64,000 nt of DNA from Sminthopsis crassicaudata. Taxonomy: Eukaryota. Numbering within the stretch: the stretch's first letter is position 1; each line of letters starts with the position of its first letter. The stretch is from assembly GCF_048593235.1 (NCBI RefSeq), contig NC_133622.1:257118055-257182054 (forward strand). Direction: 5' to 3'. Positions 41,801 to 53,510 of the stretch are shown here, one piece after another. The notes under the pieces are model-generated. The model worked only from the letters and a program-made list of their open reading frames with translations. It did not search any database and was not told the origin of the DNA. The translations under genes and the position numbers were made by a program.

Positions 41801-42718
41801 TACAGATCCCTGGGACACTTTCCTCTCAGCCACCCCATCAAGCAATGTCTAGTTTTTGAGTTCTGCCACTGAACAAGTTCTGGATTTATCAGCTTAGTCA
41901 CCCTAACCCTAACCCTACATCTAGAAAGGAAGTAAGGTTAGTCTGGCAGACGGTATTTCTGATGAAGCCACACTAGCTCTCTGGAATTACTGTTTACTTT
42001 CTCCAAAAATTCATTTGGTGTTTTCTTTGTTTTCATTTTCCAAATATGTTTGCTCTGATCTCCTAGGCAGAGAGCCTTTCCCCATAACAAAAACTAAAAG
42101 AAACGAGAGGGGAAGAAGAGCCTTGCCCATGGCGTTCCCTCCTCAAGGAAGGTTCTGGCCTCAGCTGGTGGATTTCCGATTCCATTCTCTCCCCACTTTT
42201 GTGCTCTGTGATAATGTTCTCCAATCCACTCATGGCTGTCTCATTTATTAAGTCATTTGGTCTTTCACAATCCCTGATGGGCTCAGTCCAAGGATGGGGT
42301 TCCTTTGGGCCAGGGAACTGGATTCCACTTGAGGCAGCCAGGCACTCTCTTCCCAGATCCCTCTGTTGTTAGCCACCTCTGTCTGGCTCTTACAAAAGCC
42401 TTAATTTAGTCCCCTCCCTGTGGTGAGCCTAAGTGAGACCAGAGACAAGAGGCACACAAGGATGGGGTAAGAACGGCATCATCAGAGGGAATCCACATAG
42501 ATGAAACTTTGGATTACTTAGTTAATTTCCATTCTGGTTCTGGCATTACCCCATTTCAGGCCCTCTGCCTTGGATTTTCACAGTATTTTCCAGATGAATA
42601 AAAGGGTGAATAAAACATCTATTAAGTACTTATGGTCTACAAAGCACTGAACCCTAACCACTGGGAATAGATTGCTGGGAAAAGTAAAAAGCAGTCTGGC
42701 AGAAATGAGCCTTAGACC

Positions 42719-42721
<3 letters not shown>

Positions 42722-42759
<38 letters not shown>

Positions 42760-42869
42760 CCTGAGGCAATTGGGGTTAAGTGACTTGCCCAGGGTTACAC
42801 AGCTAGGAAGTATCTGAAGTCACATTTGAACTTAGGTCTTCCTGACTTCAGGGCTGGTGCTTTATCCAC
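42722..42869 (-). mobile_element. Young 5'-truncated WSINE1 with long poly(A)
   Basis: ~39-nt poly-T, SINE body, TSD TAGACCAAC at 42713-42721 and 42870-42878. Confidence 0.88.
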
Positions 42870-42879
42870 TAGACCAACA

Positions 42880-43550
42880 TCTTATAACACATTCCAGAAT
42901 ACATTTTAAATGGATCTAAGACTTTTACTATTAAAGGTCAAACTATTAAAAATAAGAAGAGATACAAATCATATCTGTAACCCAAAATGTGCACAGCTAT
43001 GGGTAACAGAATATTCTTCACTAAAGAAGAGATAGAGGCAATTAAAAAATAATTTTGATTACTCGAGACTAAAAAGCTTTTTGCAAAGATATAACATAAA
43101 GATGGAAGATAAAACGGAAATGGCTGAATGGGAAAACAATCTGTGCACTGGTTTTGGTATTCAGGATATCTAACAATTTATAAGAAACATAAATACCTAC
43201 ATGACTCATAACCCCTTCCCAATTGGTTAAAGGATGTGAACAAATAGTTCTCAAAAGAAGACCTGCAAAGTATTTCGTCACATGAAAAAATATTAAAAAT
43301 CACTAATAACAAGAGAAATACAAATCAAAATGACCCCGAATTTTATCTCATACCCTGAAAATTGGGAAAAAAAAGGCAGAAAAAATGGTTACAATCAATA
43401 TCTGAGGGTTTTAGGCACCCTAATACATTGTTGGTAGAACTATGAATGTGTATCCATTTTGGAAAACAATTTGGAATTGCATGAATAAAGTAACTAAAAT
43501 GTCCCTGCCCTTTGACCCAGAGACTCCATTGTTGGGTTTATACCCTAAGG
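42880..43550 (+). mobile_element. Old L1 ORF2 3' fragment
   Basis: gaaatacaaatcaaaatgaccc...atacattgttggtagaac...ccctttgacccag, typical L1 ORF2 C-terminal DNA. Confidence 0.7.
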
Positions 43551-44198
43551 AAGGGTAGGTAGCTAAGTACGTAGTGGACAGGACACCAGGCCTGGAGTCT
43601 TCCTAAATTCAACTCTGGCCTCAGACACTTATTACCTGAGTTCCAAACTGGCTGTGTGAGCATGAACATGTCACTTCACCCTATTTGCCTCAGTTTCCTC
43701 CAGTTTGAGCTGGAGAAGGAAAAGGCAAACCATGTCAGAATCTTTGCCAAGAAAACCCCCAATAGGGCCCCAAGGACTCAGACACAACTAGGCACAACTA
43801 TAGTGAGCGAGCCCTTGAACACACCAAGATTAGGCGGGACTACAGGGTCAGGGAGTCCCAAAACAAAACTTTCGATCTTTCTCTGCAAACCCTCTGCATC
43901 CTGAATTTTCGGCTTTAACCCTTCCATTGTCGCCTCCAATTGTCTTTTAGACTTCTTGAAGTGAATGCCCAATAGACATCTTAAATTCGATACACCTAAA
44001 ATGGAGCTATTTTTTGCACTAAGTCCTCCTCTCCTCCTTCCTTTTCTGTTACTATAGAGGGCCACACTCTCGGCCCCCAGGCTCACCACCAAGGCATCAA
44101 TGTGATTCCTCACTCATTCTCAACCCTCTACCCTCTCCCATCCCCATGTCTTAGCTGCTGGCAAGATCAATTTCATCTCGGTAGCTGGTTGATGTCAT

Positions 44199-44506
44199 CC
44201 CTGCAACATCTTTATCAATTTCACCTCTGCAACATTTCTCATCCATTTCCTCTGCAACATGTCTTGTAAATTTCTTCTGCAGCATCTCCTGTAGATTTCA
44301 CTTCTGTAGCATCTCTCATAGATTTCAACTAAGCAGAATCTTCCATAGATTTCACCTCTGCAGCATCTCTCATAAATCTCGCTTTTGTAGCATCTCTCAC
44401 AGATTTCACCTCTGCAATATCTTTCATGAATTTCACCCCTGCAGCATCTCTCACAAATGTCACCTTTGCAGCATCTCTCATAGATCTCACTTAGGCAGCA
44501 TCTTTC
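44199..44506. repeat. 27-bp minisatellite (11-12 units) amplified from L2 sequence
   Basis: Unit TTTCACCTCTGCAGCATCTCTCATAGA; cores at 44302, 44329, 44356, 44383, 44410, 44437, 44464, 44491. Confidence 0.88.
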
Positions 44507-44724
44507 TAATAATCCCTCTTCTCTCCTCTGCCACTGTCCCTATCCTGGTGCAGGCCCTTATCCTTAACACTTGGATTCTTGTAATATGTGCCTATGGGGA
44601 GGGCTCTGTCTGTCTTGGTCTTTCCCCCTCCAGTCCATCCTCCAATCAGCCACTAAAATGATTTTCCTAAAGCCCAGGTCTGACCATGTCACCTCTCCTC
44701 TCCCTTATTCAAGAATCTTAATAT

Positions 44725-44873
44725 AATTTTTTTTTTTTTCTGAGACAATTGGGATTAAGTGACTCACCCAGGGTCACATAGTTAAAAAGTATTATGTGTC
44801 TGAGGCCGGATTTGAACTTAGGTCCTCCTGACTTCAGGGCTGGTGCTCTATCCACTGTGCCATCTAGCTTCCC
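44725..44873 (-). mobile_element. WSINE1-like SINE
   Basis: Poly-T plus SINE consensus. Confidence 0.85.
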
Positions 44874-47800
44874 CCTTAATAACTTTTTAAAGCCTTTTTG
44901 CCACCTGTCACTAATCTTGTTGCACATGACACCCCTTCACTGATGCATGATGCAATCACACTCTATTTGCTATTCCCTGACATGAAAATCTACCCCCATC
45001 TCAATTCCTTTTTATTGCCTATCCCACATGTCTCCTCCTCATACTCACTTCTCATGTCACCTACATGAGGCCTACTCCAGTCCTCCTACCTGCTCTCATC
45101 ACCTCCTCTAGGACACACTTCTTGATTTATTTTATTTGATATTTCTGTACATGTGTTATTTCCCCCAGTAGAACGTAAGCTCCTTGCAGACAAGAACTGT
45201 CTCCTTTGTCTTTGTTCTCTGGTACCCAGGGCCAGACACACAGTAGGTACTTAATAAATGCTCATTGTCTATGAGTTTCCAAGAAGGGCAAGCAGTGTCA
45301 GTACCAAGCAAGCTCCAGACTGTTTCAGAAAAGGGTGGGAGTAATGACTGAGGCTCTAAGACCTCACTGGTCTGAAGGGCAGAGATGGCAGAAGAGACAA
45401 CACCAGTTGTCTGAGAGGCCCCAGAAGAGGGCAGGCAGGCAGGACCACCAGGGCACTCCTGGTAGAGAGGAGAATTGGGCCAGAAGTGAACATGGTTTTT
45501 AAAAGGGGGGGAGGGGACTACTATGCAGCCCTAAATTCTGGGACCTAGAGTGGCCCATATTCCAAGAAGGACAAAGACAGGGAATTGGGTCTGGTATAGA
45601 CATCCATATTGACAACAGGCCATGACACAGGACCAGAAGCTGAGCAAGGAAATATATAGGAACTAATTGAGCCAGGACTATAAGTGCTTTCTGTAAGAAG
45701 CGACAAATATGGCACACTTGGAGAGTCTCAGAAACATATGCACAGACTGGCAGAGAGGGCAGAGAACAGAACTAGGAAGCCAATTTACAGTACAAAAGAA
45801 AGCACCGTTCCAAGAGGTGGCAGGCTACAGGTGGGCGACCACGGTCGGACGCAATGAATGTGCCCGTTGGTCTGACTGGCCTTATTTGTTGTAAGGGAGG
45901 TGCCCCACAGCCTGGCCTACCTCTTCCCTGGGCCCCAGAGAGCCTGTGGTTGCAGGGAAATTGGGGTGGAGGTGGGCAGGAAGAGAGAAGCACGAGTTTC
46001 CCCAGCTTTGGAGGCTCTGCAAGGAACAGGAGGCACCCATGGTCACAAAGGCCCATGGTTCTGAGATGCTGAGACAAGTCCCCTGCCACCTGGGGGGCCA
46101 CAGCTCAGAAAAGAAATCTGGCTGTGCCTGTGAGGAGCCTGAAAGCCAGTCTGGCAGTCGCCCCGTCCCTTAGCTAGAGGGACCACAGCTACTTCTTTTT
46201 ACATGTGAGGAAACTGAGAACCAGGGAGGTCAAACATCCAGGGTCACAGGGCTAAGAAGGGCCTCAGGTGGGATTTGAATCCGAGCTTCCAGCCTCCCAG
46301 CCCGTGCCCTGTCCACCGTAACACACTGTCTCTAGCTGTGCGACTCGAGCCTGACAGCTGGAACCTCTGATTAGAGGCAGGGGCAGGCTGCCCGCAGTCC
46401 GAAGGCTCTAAGGTGGACTGATCTCTGACAAAAGCCCAACCAGGACATCCTGTCCCTGCCAGGCCGTGTTTCCGCCCGTGCTCTGAGCAGGAGAGGCTTG
46501 CCAGCAGGAGGTCCAGACTGGCTGTCGGATCCTGGGGCCGTTCCCTGTATGAGCACGCATGTGTGGCTGTGGCCGTGTGCCGGGGTCGGGTGTCCAGGCC
46601 GCAGACGCCCCACCACAAGCTCCCGGCACAGAGAAGGGGCCACCAGTGACGGGAGCTCACTCCCGAACCCACAAAGCGGCGGCTAGGGCTGCCAGTAGGG
46701 GGAGTCCTTCCCTCCCACTGGCCAGTGGGCTCTGGGGGGCCTGATCTTCCCCCGGCAACATCCCAAACACTCTGCTCAGGTCGGGGCTGGCGCCCAGCGT
46801 GCCAGCTCACCGGGCTCCCCTCAAAGGCTGCTGCTCCTCCCCGGCAACCCCGGCGTGGCTCTGCTTCTCATCCCTCTCAGAATCTTCCAGTGATGCAGGT
46901 CACTCCTCACTACCTGCCAAGAAGGCGGGGAGCGGGCCACTGGCTGGGAAGAGCCCCGAGAACTCGAGCTAGAACATGGCCGGGCACGTCCGTCCGGCCC
47001 TGGCAACTCCTGAGCCAGGGAGGAAGGCAGCGGGGGGCATGGGCAGTGGGATGAAGCGGGGAGAACTCCTTCTGGAGCAAGGCCCTGGGTCTCTGATCCC
47101 CCTGAGTCTGAGCCCACGGCTCTCTCTCTCCCTGGCTGCAGTCGGGGGCTGGAGCCTCACAAAGGAAAACCATTGTGGGGGGGAGTTCCTTCTCTGATTC
47201 TGGGAAAGAAAGCCTCTGTCACTGAGAGCAAATCTCAGGACCTGGTGGCCAGGCTGAAGGTCCTTCCCCCATCCTCCCCACCCAGCAGAAGCCCATTTCT
47301 TGGAAGTCAAGTTGGGGGGACAGCCCGGATGGGGGGGTCCTCCCTGTGGCCGCCAGATCTGGAGCTGCAGCCCCTGCCGGAGGCCCCCTGAGTCCGTCTC
47401 GGGCCCGGCCCCTCTTGGGGGAGAGGGTCGAGGCAGCCAGGCACTGCCTGCTGGCCCCGTCACAGCCCCTTTCAGAGCAATGAAAGGCGCGTTTGTCCTC
47501 GGCGGCGTCTCTGGGGATTGCTTCTGCCCACGATGTCTCCTTTCACAGGAGCCGCAGAAGGAAGGGTCATCCCCGGGACGCCCCACACAGGGGCCACGGG
47601 CTTCAGGACCCCCTGGGCTCCTGCTCCCCCCTTCCCTTGCCCCAGGGTGGGGACCTCCAGGGCCACCGCAGACTTGCCCTTCCCCAAAGTGGAACCCCAG
47701 ATGTCCCAGCCAAATGCCTCATCCTACCCGTGCCCTGAGGCCTGGAGAGGCACACAAGGGGTAAGAGGGTGAACCCAGGGACTGGGAGAGCAACCCTGGT

Positions 47801-48304
47801 TCTCGCCAGCCACCTCCGAGACACTCTCCCTAACCCCTACACCCTGTGTGGGCGGCCATCAAGTCCCTCTCCAGGTGACCCTACACCCTCCTGGCTGACC
47901 TCCCCGGGTGACCCTCACAGACTGACCTACTTCCTGGAAACCCAGAACCCACGTCAGAATGAGCCCCCCAGCCCCTCTGTGCCCCAGACCCCAGGTCAGT
48001 GCTGGCGGCCACATGGGAGCCCAAGGCTGGGAGTGGGGGACTGCGGGAACCTGCTCCCATTGGGTTCTATCCCGCCAGCCCACCCCTCCATTTCCACAAG
48101 GCTCTCACATGGTCAGGGCTGGCTTCCAAAGTTTGGGGTATCTGACCTATAGATCCCTTTGGCTAAAGGAGGCAGAAGGTAGGGAGCACTTGGTCAACCG
48201 ACATATCTTTAAAGCACCTACTACAATGCTTAGCACAGAATCTGGCACACAGTAGGTGCTTCATAAATCTCTTGTGATTGCCCTACTATGTCCTTTAAGT
48301 GGTA

Positions 48305-49400
48305 GGGAGATCTAGCCAAGATGGCAGAGAGAAGGCAGAGCACTGTCTTAGTCCCCCCACCCAGCTTCCTAGGAATCAATCAAGCCTCGACAGCACCCCC
48401 AAACGTTCAGAGTGAAACAATTATCATGGAGGGACTTCAGGGAGCTCTGTCGCACTTGAGCGGGGAATGTGGTCAGTGGAGACACAACGCGGACAGCCTA
48501 GCGGGAGGCTCTTAGCCCAACTTCGGCAGCATCGGTCACTCCGTCCCGGTTCAGAGGGCCAACGGCTCAGCGGGTCAGCCGGGAGACCTCCGGCCCAACC
48601 ACAGAAGGTGAATGGTGAGCCCCCAATCCCAGCATTACAAGTGGGACGCACTGCCCGCCCCAGCACGGCTGAAAGTCAGCCAGAGGCCCCTGAAAAACAG
48701 CTTGGGACAATCTGGCCCTGTGCCCTAGGGACACAGCTCAACCTTTTTAAATGAGCAAAAAAAGAAGAGCCCTGACCAAAGAAAGCTACTTTGGCGACAG
48801 CGAAGATCGGGACACCACGCAGAGGAGGACGGCAAAAATGTCTACACACGGAGCCTCAAAGGGGGATAGGAGCTGCTCTCAAGCTCAAAGGCTCTCTTGG
48901 AAGAGCTCAAAAAGGATTTTAAAAGTCAAGTAAGAGAGAAAGGGGAAAGAAAGCAGAGCCCCGCAGGAGAATTCTGAAAGTCTGGGGGGAGCCGACAGCT
49001 TGGGAAAGGAAGCACAGAAACTGACTGGGGAAAACAACTCCTTAAAAAATAAATTTGGTGAAATGGAAAAAAACAAAAAACAAACCACTGAACGAAACGA
49101 GGCCTTTAAAAGTGCAGCTGACCCAATGCAAGAGATAAAAAATTCATTAAAAAGTGGAATTGGACAAATGGAAGTGAATGACTCAAGGAGACCTTGAGAT
49201 CAAACGAGCGAAAAAAGAGGAGAAAATGTCAAGTACCTGGTGAAAGTGCAGGGGTACAGGACGCTTCCCTGCCCCCCCCAGAGCTGAGAGTCCCTCACTA
49301 CTGTTCACAGGGAGGTCGATATAAGAATATGCAAAACGGGGGAACGCACAAAAGAAAACCCACAAATAGAATCGCTCAGTGATGGGGAGAAGGGGAAAGC
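48305..49400 (+). mobile_element. L1 5' UTR and ORF1 N-terminal remnant
   Basis: Starts ..AGCCAAGATGGCAGAG; ORF1 start at 48751 MSKKRRALTKESYFGDSEDRDT, like marsupial L1 ORF1; coiled-coil ENNSLKNKFGEMEK. Confidence 0.75.
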
Positions 49401-49883
49401 GGTCCCCACAACTGGGAGGAGCCCTGGAGATGAGCCTTGGAGGTAGAGGCTGGGGGGAAGCCTGGGCCAGGTTGAACCTCTCAGGGACCAACCAGAAACT
49501 GGTCACACACTTGCGCTTGCGTGTTCCTAGCACTGTGCTAAGGTCTGAGGGCAGGAAGAAAAGGGACAATGGCCCCAGTTCTCAGGGAGGGCACAGCCTA
49601 GCAGGGGAAGGGGATGACTGAGGAGAGAACAATGGAAGAGCCCTGGAGGCTGGGGGAGGCTGCAGGAGACAAGTCTGGGGGGAGGCCAGCAAAGCTGGAG
49701 CTGGAGGTTAGAGGATGAGGATGGAGAAAAGCCTTAAGCACTGGACGGCAGTGAGTCAGAAGGCAGAGAGCAGAGAGAGGCAGTCAGTGTAGGAGATGCC
49801 CAGGGGGCAGCTGCTGAGTGGGAGAGGGCCCTGGAAGCCTCTGCAGAAGCAACCAGTATGTCAGTGCTCTGGACATGGCTGCC

Positions 49884-50160
49884 CTCCCTCCGGGCCAGCG
49901 ACCTTCCCTTCCCATGTCAGAGACCCTCCCTCCGGGGCCAGCAACCTTCCCTCCCCATGTCGGAGACCCTCCCTCCGGGGCCAGCGACCTTCCCTTCCCA
50001 TGTCAGAGACCCTCCCTCCGGGGCCAGCAACCTTCCCTCCCCATGTCGGAGACCCTCCCTCCGGGGCCAGCGACCTTCCCTTCCTCTGCCAGGGACCCTT
50101 CTGTGCCAGCGACCTTCCCTCCCCATGTCGGAGACCCTCCCTCCGGGGCCAGCGACCCTT
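49884..50160. repeat. 43-bp minisatellite with alternating A/B units
   Basis: Unit GAGACCCTCCCTCCGGGGCCAGC(A/G)ACCTTCCCT(C/T)CCCATGTC(G/A), about 6 copies. Confidence 0.92.
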
Positions 50161-51950
50161 CTTTCAGTGCCCTTTCTTCTCAGGGCAAGGCTTCTGTGCA
50201 CATGCTCAGCAGGGCAGAGGGGCAGAATGATCCCAGAGAAGGTGGCAGAGCTGGGGGTGAAGCCGGGGCTCGGCCACATCCTGCTCGGGCACACTTGAAA
50301 CCCATTGCGCGGCTAAAGGGTTCAGTTCCTCGTATCCTGGGCAGGGGAGGGAGCCGGGTCCCTTGCCCCTCTGAGGCCTGGCATGGAGAGGGTACAGCTG
50401 CTGGTGGCAGGTCCACAAGGAGCTCCCCTCCCGCCCCAACAAGGAAGCAAAGTGGGAGGGGGCTGCCAGAGGGGCCTTCCGCCTGTGCCTTTCACAGCCC
50501 GGGACTTGGCCCTCCAAGGCCGGGTGAGAAAGGGATGCTCAGTGAGCAGGAGCCGGCTCTGTGCTGGAGAGCCCAGCCCTCTCCGGGCCGGTGGACAGAA
50601 CCGCCCATCCTGGGTCTGGGAGCCTCGCTCGCCTTCCCAGCGGCGTACCCGGCCACGGAAGCCACAGCGGGCCCGGCCGAGCCAGGCTGGATGGGGGAAG
50701 GTTAGGTTTGACCCATGGGAGCCCCCGTAGAGCTCCCTGCCCATGGCCTCCCCCATGCTTTGCTCTTCAATAAGGCAGGCTTTTGTGGGGCTTGAAGGGA
50801 GAAGGACACATCCATCAAAGCCCTTCTTTTCCTTAGGGGGGCCGCTCCCTGTCTCAGAGTCACCTCCAGAGGAAATGAGCCCCATGCCCTTGTTCTCCAC
50901 TTTGGGCTGAGTCCCCTGCGGGTCCTGGCAGCACCTCTTGAGGTCACAGCCCCCTTGGAGAGGGAAGGACAAAGGACAACCACAGAACGCCATCTTAGGA
51001 AGGGACCTTGGCTCCAGAGACTTTGGAACAGCTTCCCTTGGACCAGCCTCTGGGCCCAAAGAACCCTGGGCTGGAGTGTGGAAGGTCCGCATTCAAACCC
51101 AGCCTCAGACACAGACTAACTCTGAGATGTTGGACAAGTCACTTCCTCCCTGCCTCAGTTTCCTCCTCTGTGAAATGGCCCCCACATCAAGTTTGTGATC
51201 TGGTACTCAGGAGTCCCCCCCATCCCCCCCCACTCCCCACAGCCCTCCACGGGCCCCTGCAGCTCCTCCTTCCCAAAGGAGCCGGCTGCTGGCAGAGCCC
51301 GGGTCCGAGAGACAGGGGCCCGGGCTGGGACCTCAGGGAGCAGCTGCCTGTCCCGGGGCCTCTGGGGGCCAAATCCAGCCCCCCCCCACTCTGAAATCTC
51401 TCCTGGCCTGGGTCCAATGGCACCTTCTCCCCGAGGCCTCCCCACGGCCCCGGGCTCAGAGGATGTGTCTGGGATGGAGGTGTGAGGGGGCGGTGAGACA
51501 GCACCAGCTTCCTGTGTCACGGCTGAGCCCCCCCAGCTCAGCCTCCCTCTCCCCCCGGCCTCCCCCCCAGCTCAGCCTTCCTCCCTCAGCCGGGACCTGC
51601 CCGAGGCACAAGGAGCTCCCCGTCCTCCCTGTGACGGCTTCCCCCCAACTCCTTCAGCCCCCCACGGAAACGCCCATCCCTCCTCCCCTTCTCAGCCTGG
51701 CTCCCAGAGCAAGCTGCCCCCACCCCCCACTTCCTGCCCGGGCCCTCCCCTGCCAACAAGCCCCAGCGGCTTCCGGCCGGCCCCCAGCTCCGCGGCTTGC
51801 CACCTCCCCTCCCCCAGCCGGGTCATCCAGCTCTGCCGGCGCTCCCTCCTCGGGGTGCTCTCCCGGGGTCCCCGAGGTGCCAGGGCGGAAGGTGGGGCCC
51901 GTTTGGCAGGGGAGGTCACCGGCCGCCAGACTCCAGCCCCAGGCGCTCAC

Positions 51951-52032
51951 CCATGTGAAGTGGCAGGAATGGGGGCTCAGCCCTGGGCGCCGCCCCCTGG
52001 AGCTTCCTGGCCGGCGAGATCTGCCGCAAGGG
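51951..52032 (-). other. Candidate start-codon exon of the TBC gene (82 nt, ends ATGG|)
   Basis: Branch-like CCCTAAT, pyrimidine tract, cag| acceptor at 52033, donor |gtgagc at 51950. ATG at 51954-51952 in phase 1 matches the phase of exon 37382. Confidence 0.6.
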
Positions 52033-53354
52033 CTGGGGCAGGAGAGATGGAAATCAAATTAGGGAAGTCGGCAGGGCGGGCTTTGGGCCCGGGTCAAGGT
52101 CAGGGGGGACGGAAGGGCATCGGGGCCAGGGAGGGGGGGGGGGGCTCTCTCTCGGTCTCTGTGCCCAGAGGAGGCTTCCTCTACTGGAGCCCACTAAAGC
52201 CGCTGCTCAAGGGGCCTCGGCGCAGCTCAGAGACCCCCGCTCTGTATCCCAAGTCCCACTGCAGACCCCCGTGGGTGTCCTGACTCTGAGGCAGGCCCTG
52301 CTGCCTCCCCGCCCGGGCGGCCCACAACCACTGGGAGAGGCCTGCAGACTCACCGCTAGGCTACTCTGCCTTTGCTAATGTCAGGGAAGGCAAGAATTTC
52401 AGACTCTCCACCGCAAGTTTGGGGGCTTCCTGAGGACGCCTGGGTTTTCCCAGGCCGAGGCCCAGCCTCCCCGAGGCCTCCGCCCCCCGGGGCCAAAGCT
52501 GGGCTGCTGGGAGGGGAGGGCCCGGGGGCCATATCTTGGAGTCCGAAGGAGAACGGGAGCACGGCTCCGCTGGGGCCCGGAGGGCAGCAGCTCCTGAAAG
52601 GCCCGCTGCGTCCAGGGCAGCTCCCGGGTCGGCCCCCTCCGGGAACATCCTGGAGCCGCGGGCCGGAGGGGCTCCCAAAGCTTTGTTCCAAGGTCCAAGA
52701 TTACGGTGCTCCTCTTAGGGGACCGCAGCCCCGGGGCAGAGAGCGGGGGATGCTGGGGCTTCTCCTCCGCCTCCCAGCCTTGCCTCTGCCCGCTCTGCCA
52801 GAGCCCATGCCTGGGCACACACGTGTGCACCAACGTCCCACGTCCCGCTCTCACACATGTGCACAGACCCCCCCCCCCACTCCCTCACACACACTCACAC
52901 TCACACTCCCTCACACAGACCCCCCCCCCCCAGAGCAGCAGCATTCCCAGTGAGGACCAGAGCCCGGCTGTCCATCCCCCCTCCCCTCCTTTGGCTGTCT
53001 AACCAGGCTCCCCACCCCCTCCAGCAGGCCGCCCCCTCCCCTTTCCTCAACTCTATACAACCCCCATCTGGCCTTGGAGGACACCGCTTCTGGAAATACT
53101 CAGTCCTTGCTCCCCCCCCCCTTGGAACCCAGGCTGCCTCCCCCCATTCAGACGTTTCCACACAGCCTTGGCATCTGCGGGCCGGCTGCCCGCCCGCTGC
53201 CCGGGCCCTGGGCCGCCAGGGCCTCCTGCCAATGAGTCACTCCCTCAGGGCGGCTGCTTCCAGGAGGAAAGAATCCCGAAAACCCTAGGGAAGGGGGAGG
53301 GGGAAGGGAGCCCAGCTAGGCCGAGCCTCATCCTGGAGGCTGAGGGGAGGGAGC

Positions 53355-53510
53355 CCGGCTGCAGGAGCCGGGCCCGCAGAAGGGCGAGCGAGCCCAGGGA
53401 GCCCAGGGAGCCCAGGGAGCCGGGGGCCCGCAGAAGGGCGAGCGAGCCCAGGGAGCCCAGGGAGCCGGGGTCCGCAGAAGGGCGAGCGAGCCTGGGGAGC
53501 CGGAGCCCTG
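53355..53510. repeat. Short GC-rich tandem repeat (GCAGAAGGGCGAGCGAGCC x3 with GGGAGCCCA units)
   Basis: Direct reading. Confidence 0.8.

Larger units (their letters stand above)
43860..45265 (+). mobile_element. L2 3' remnant (interrupted by a minisatellite and a SINE)
   Basis: L2 motifs through to the L2 3' terminus GTAGGTACTTAATAAATGC at ~45243-45261. Confidence 0.7.

Noticed and set aside
45500-45870. Possible RTE/CR1 ORF C-terminal remnant (HMHRLAERAENRTRKPIY...PRGGR)
   Set aside because: Similarity is too weak to call without a library search.
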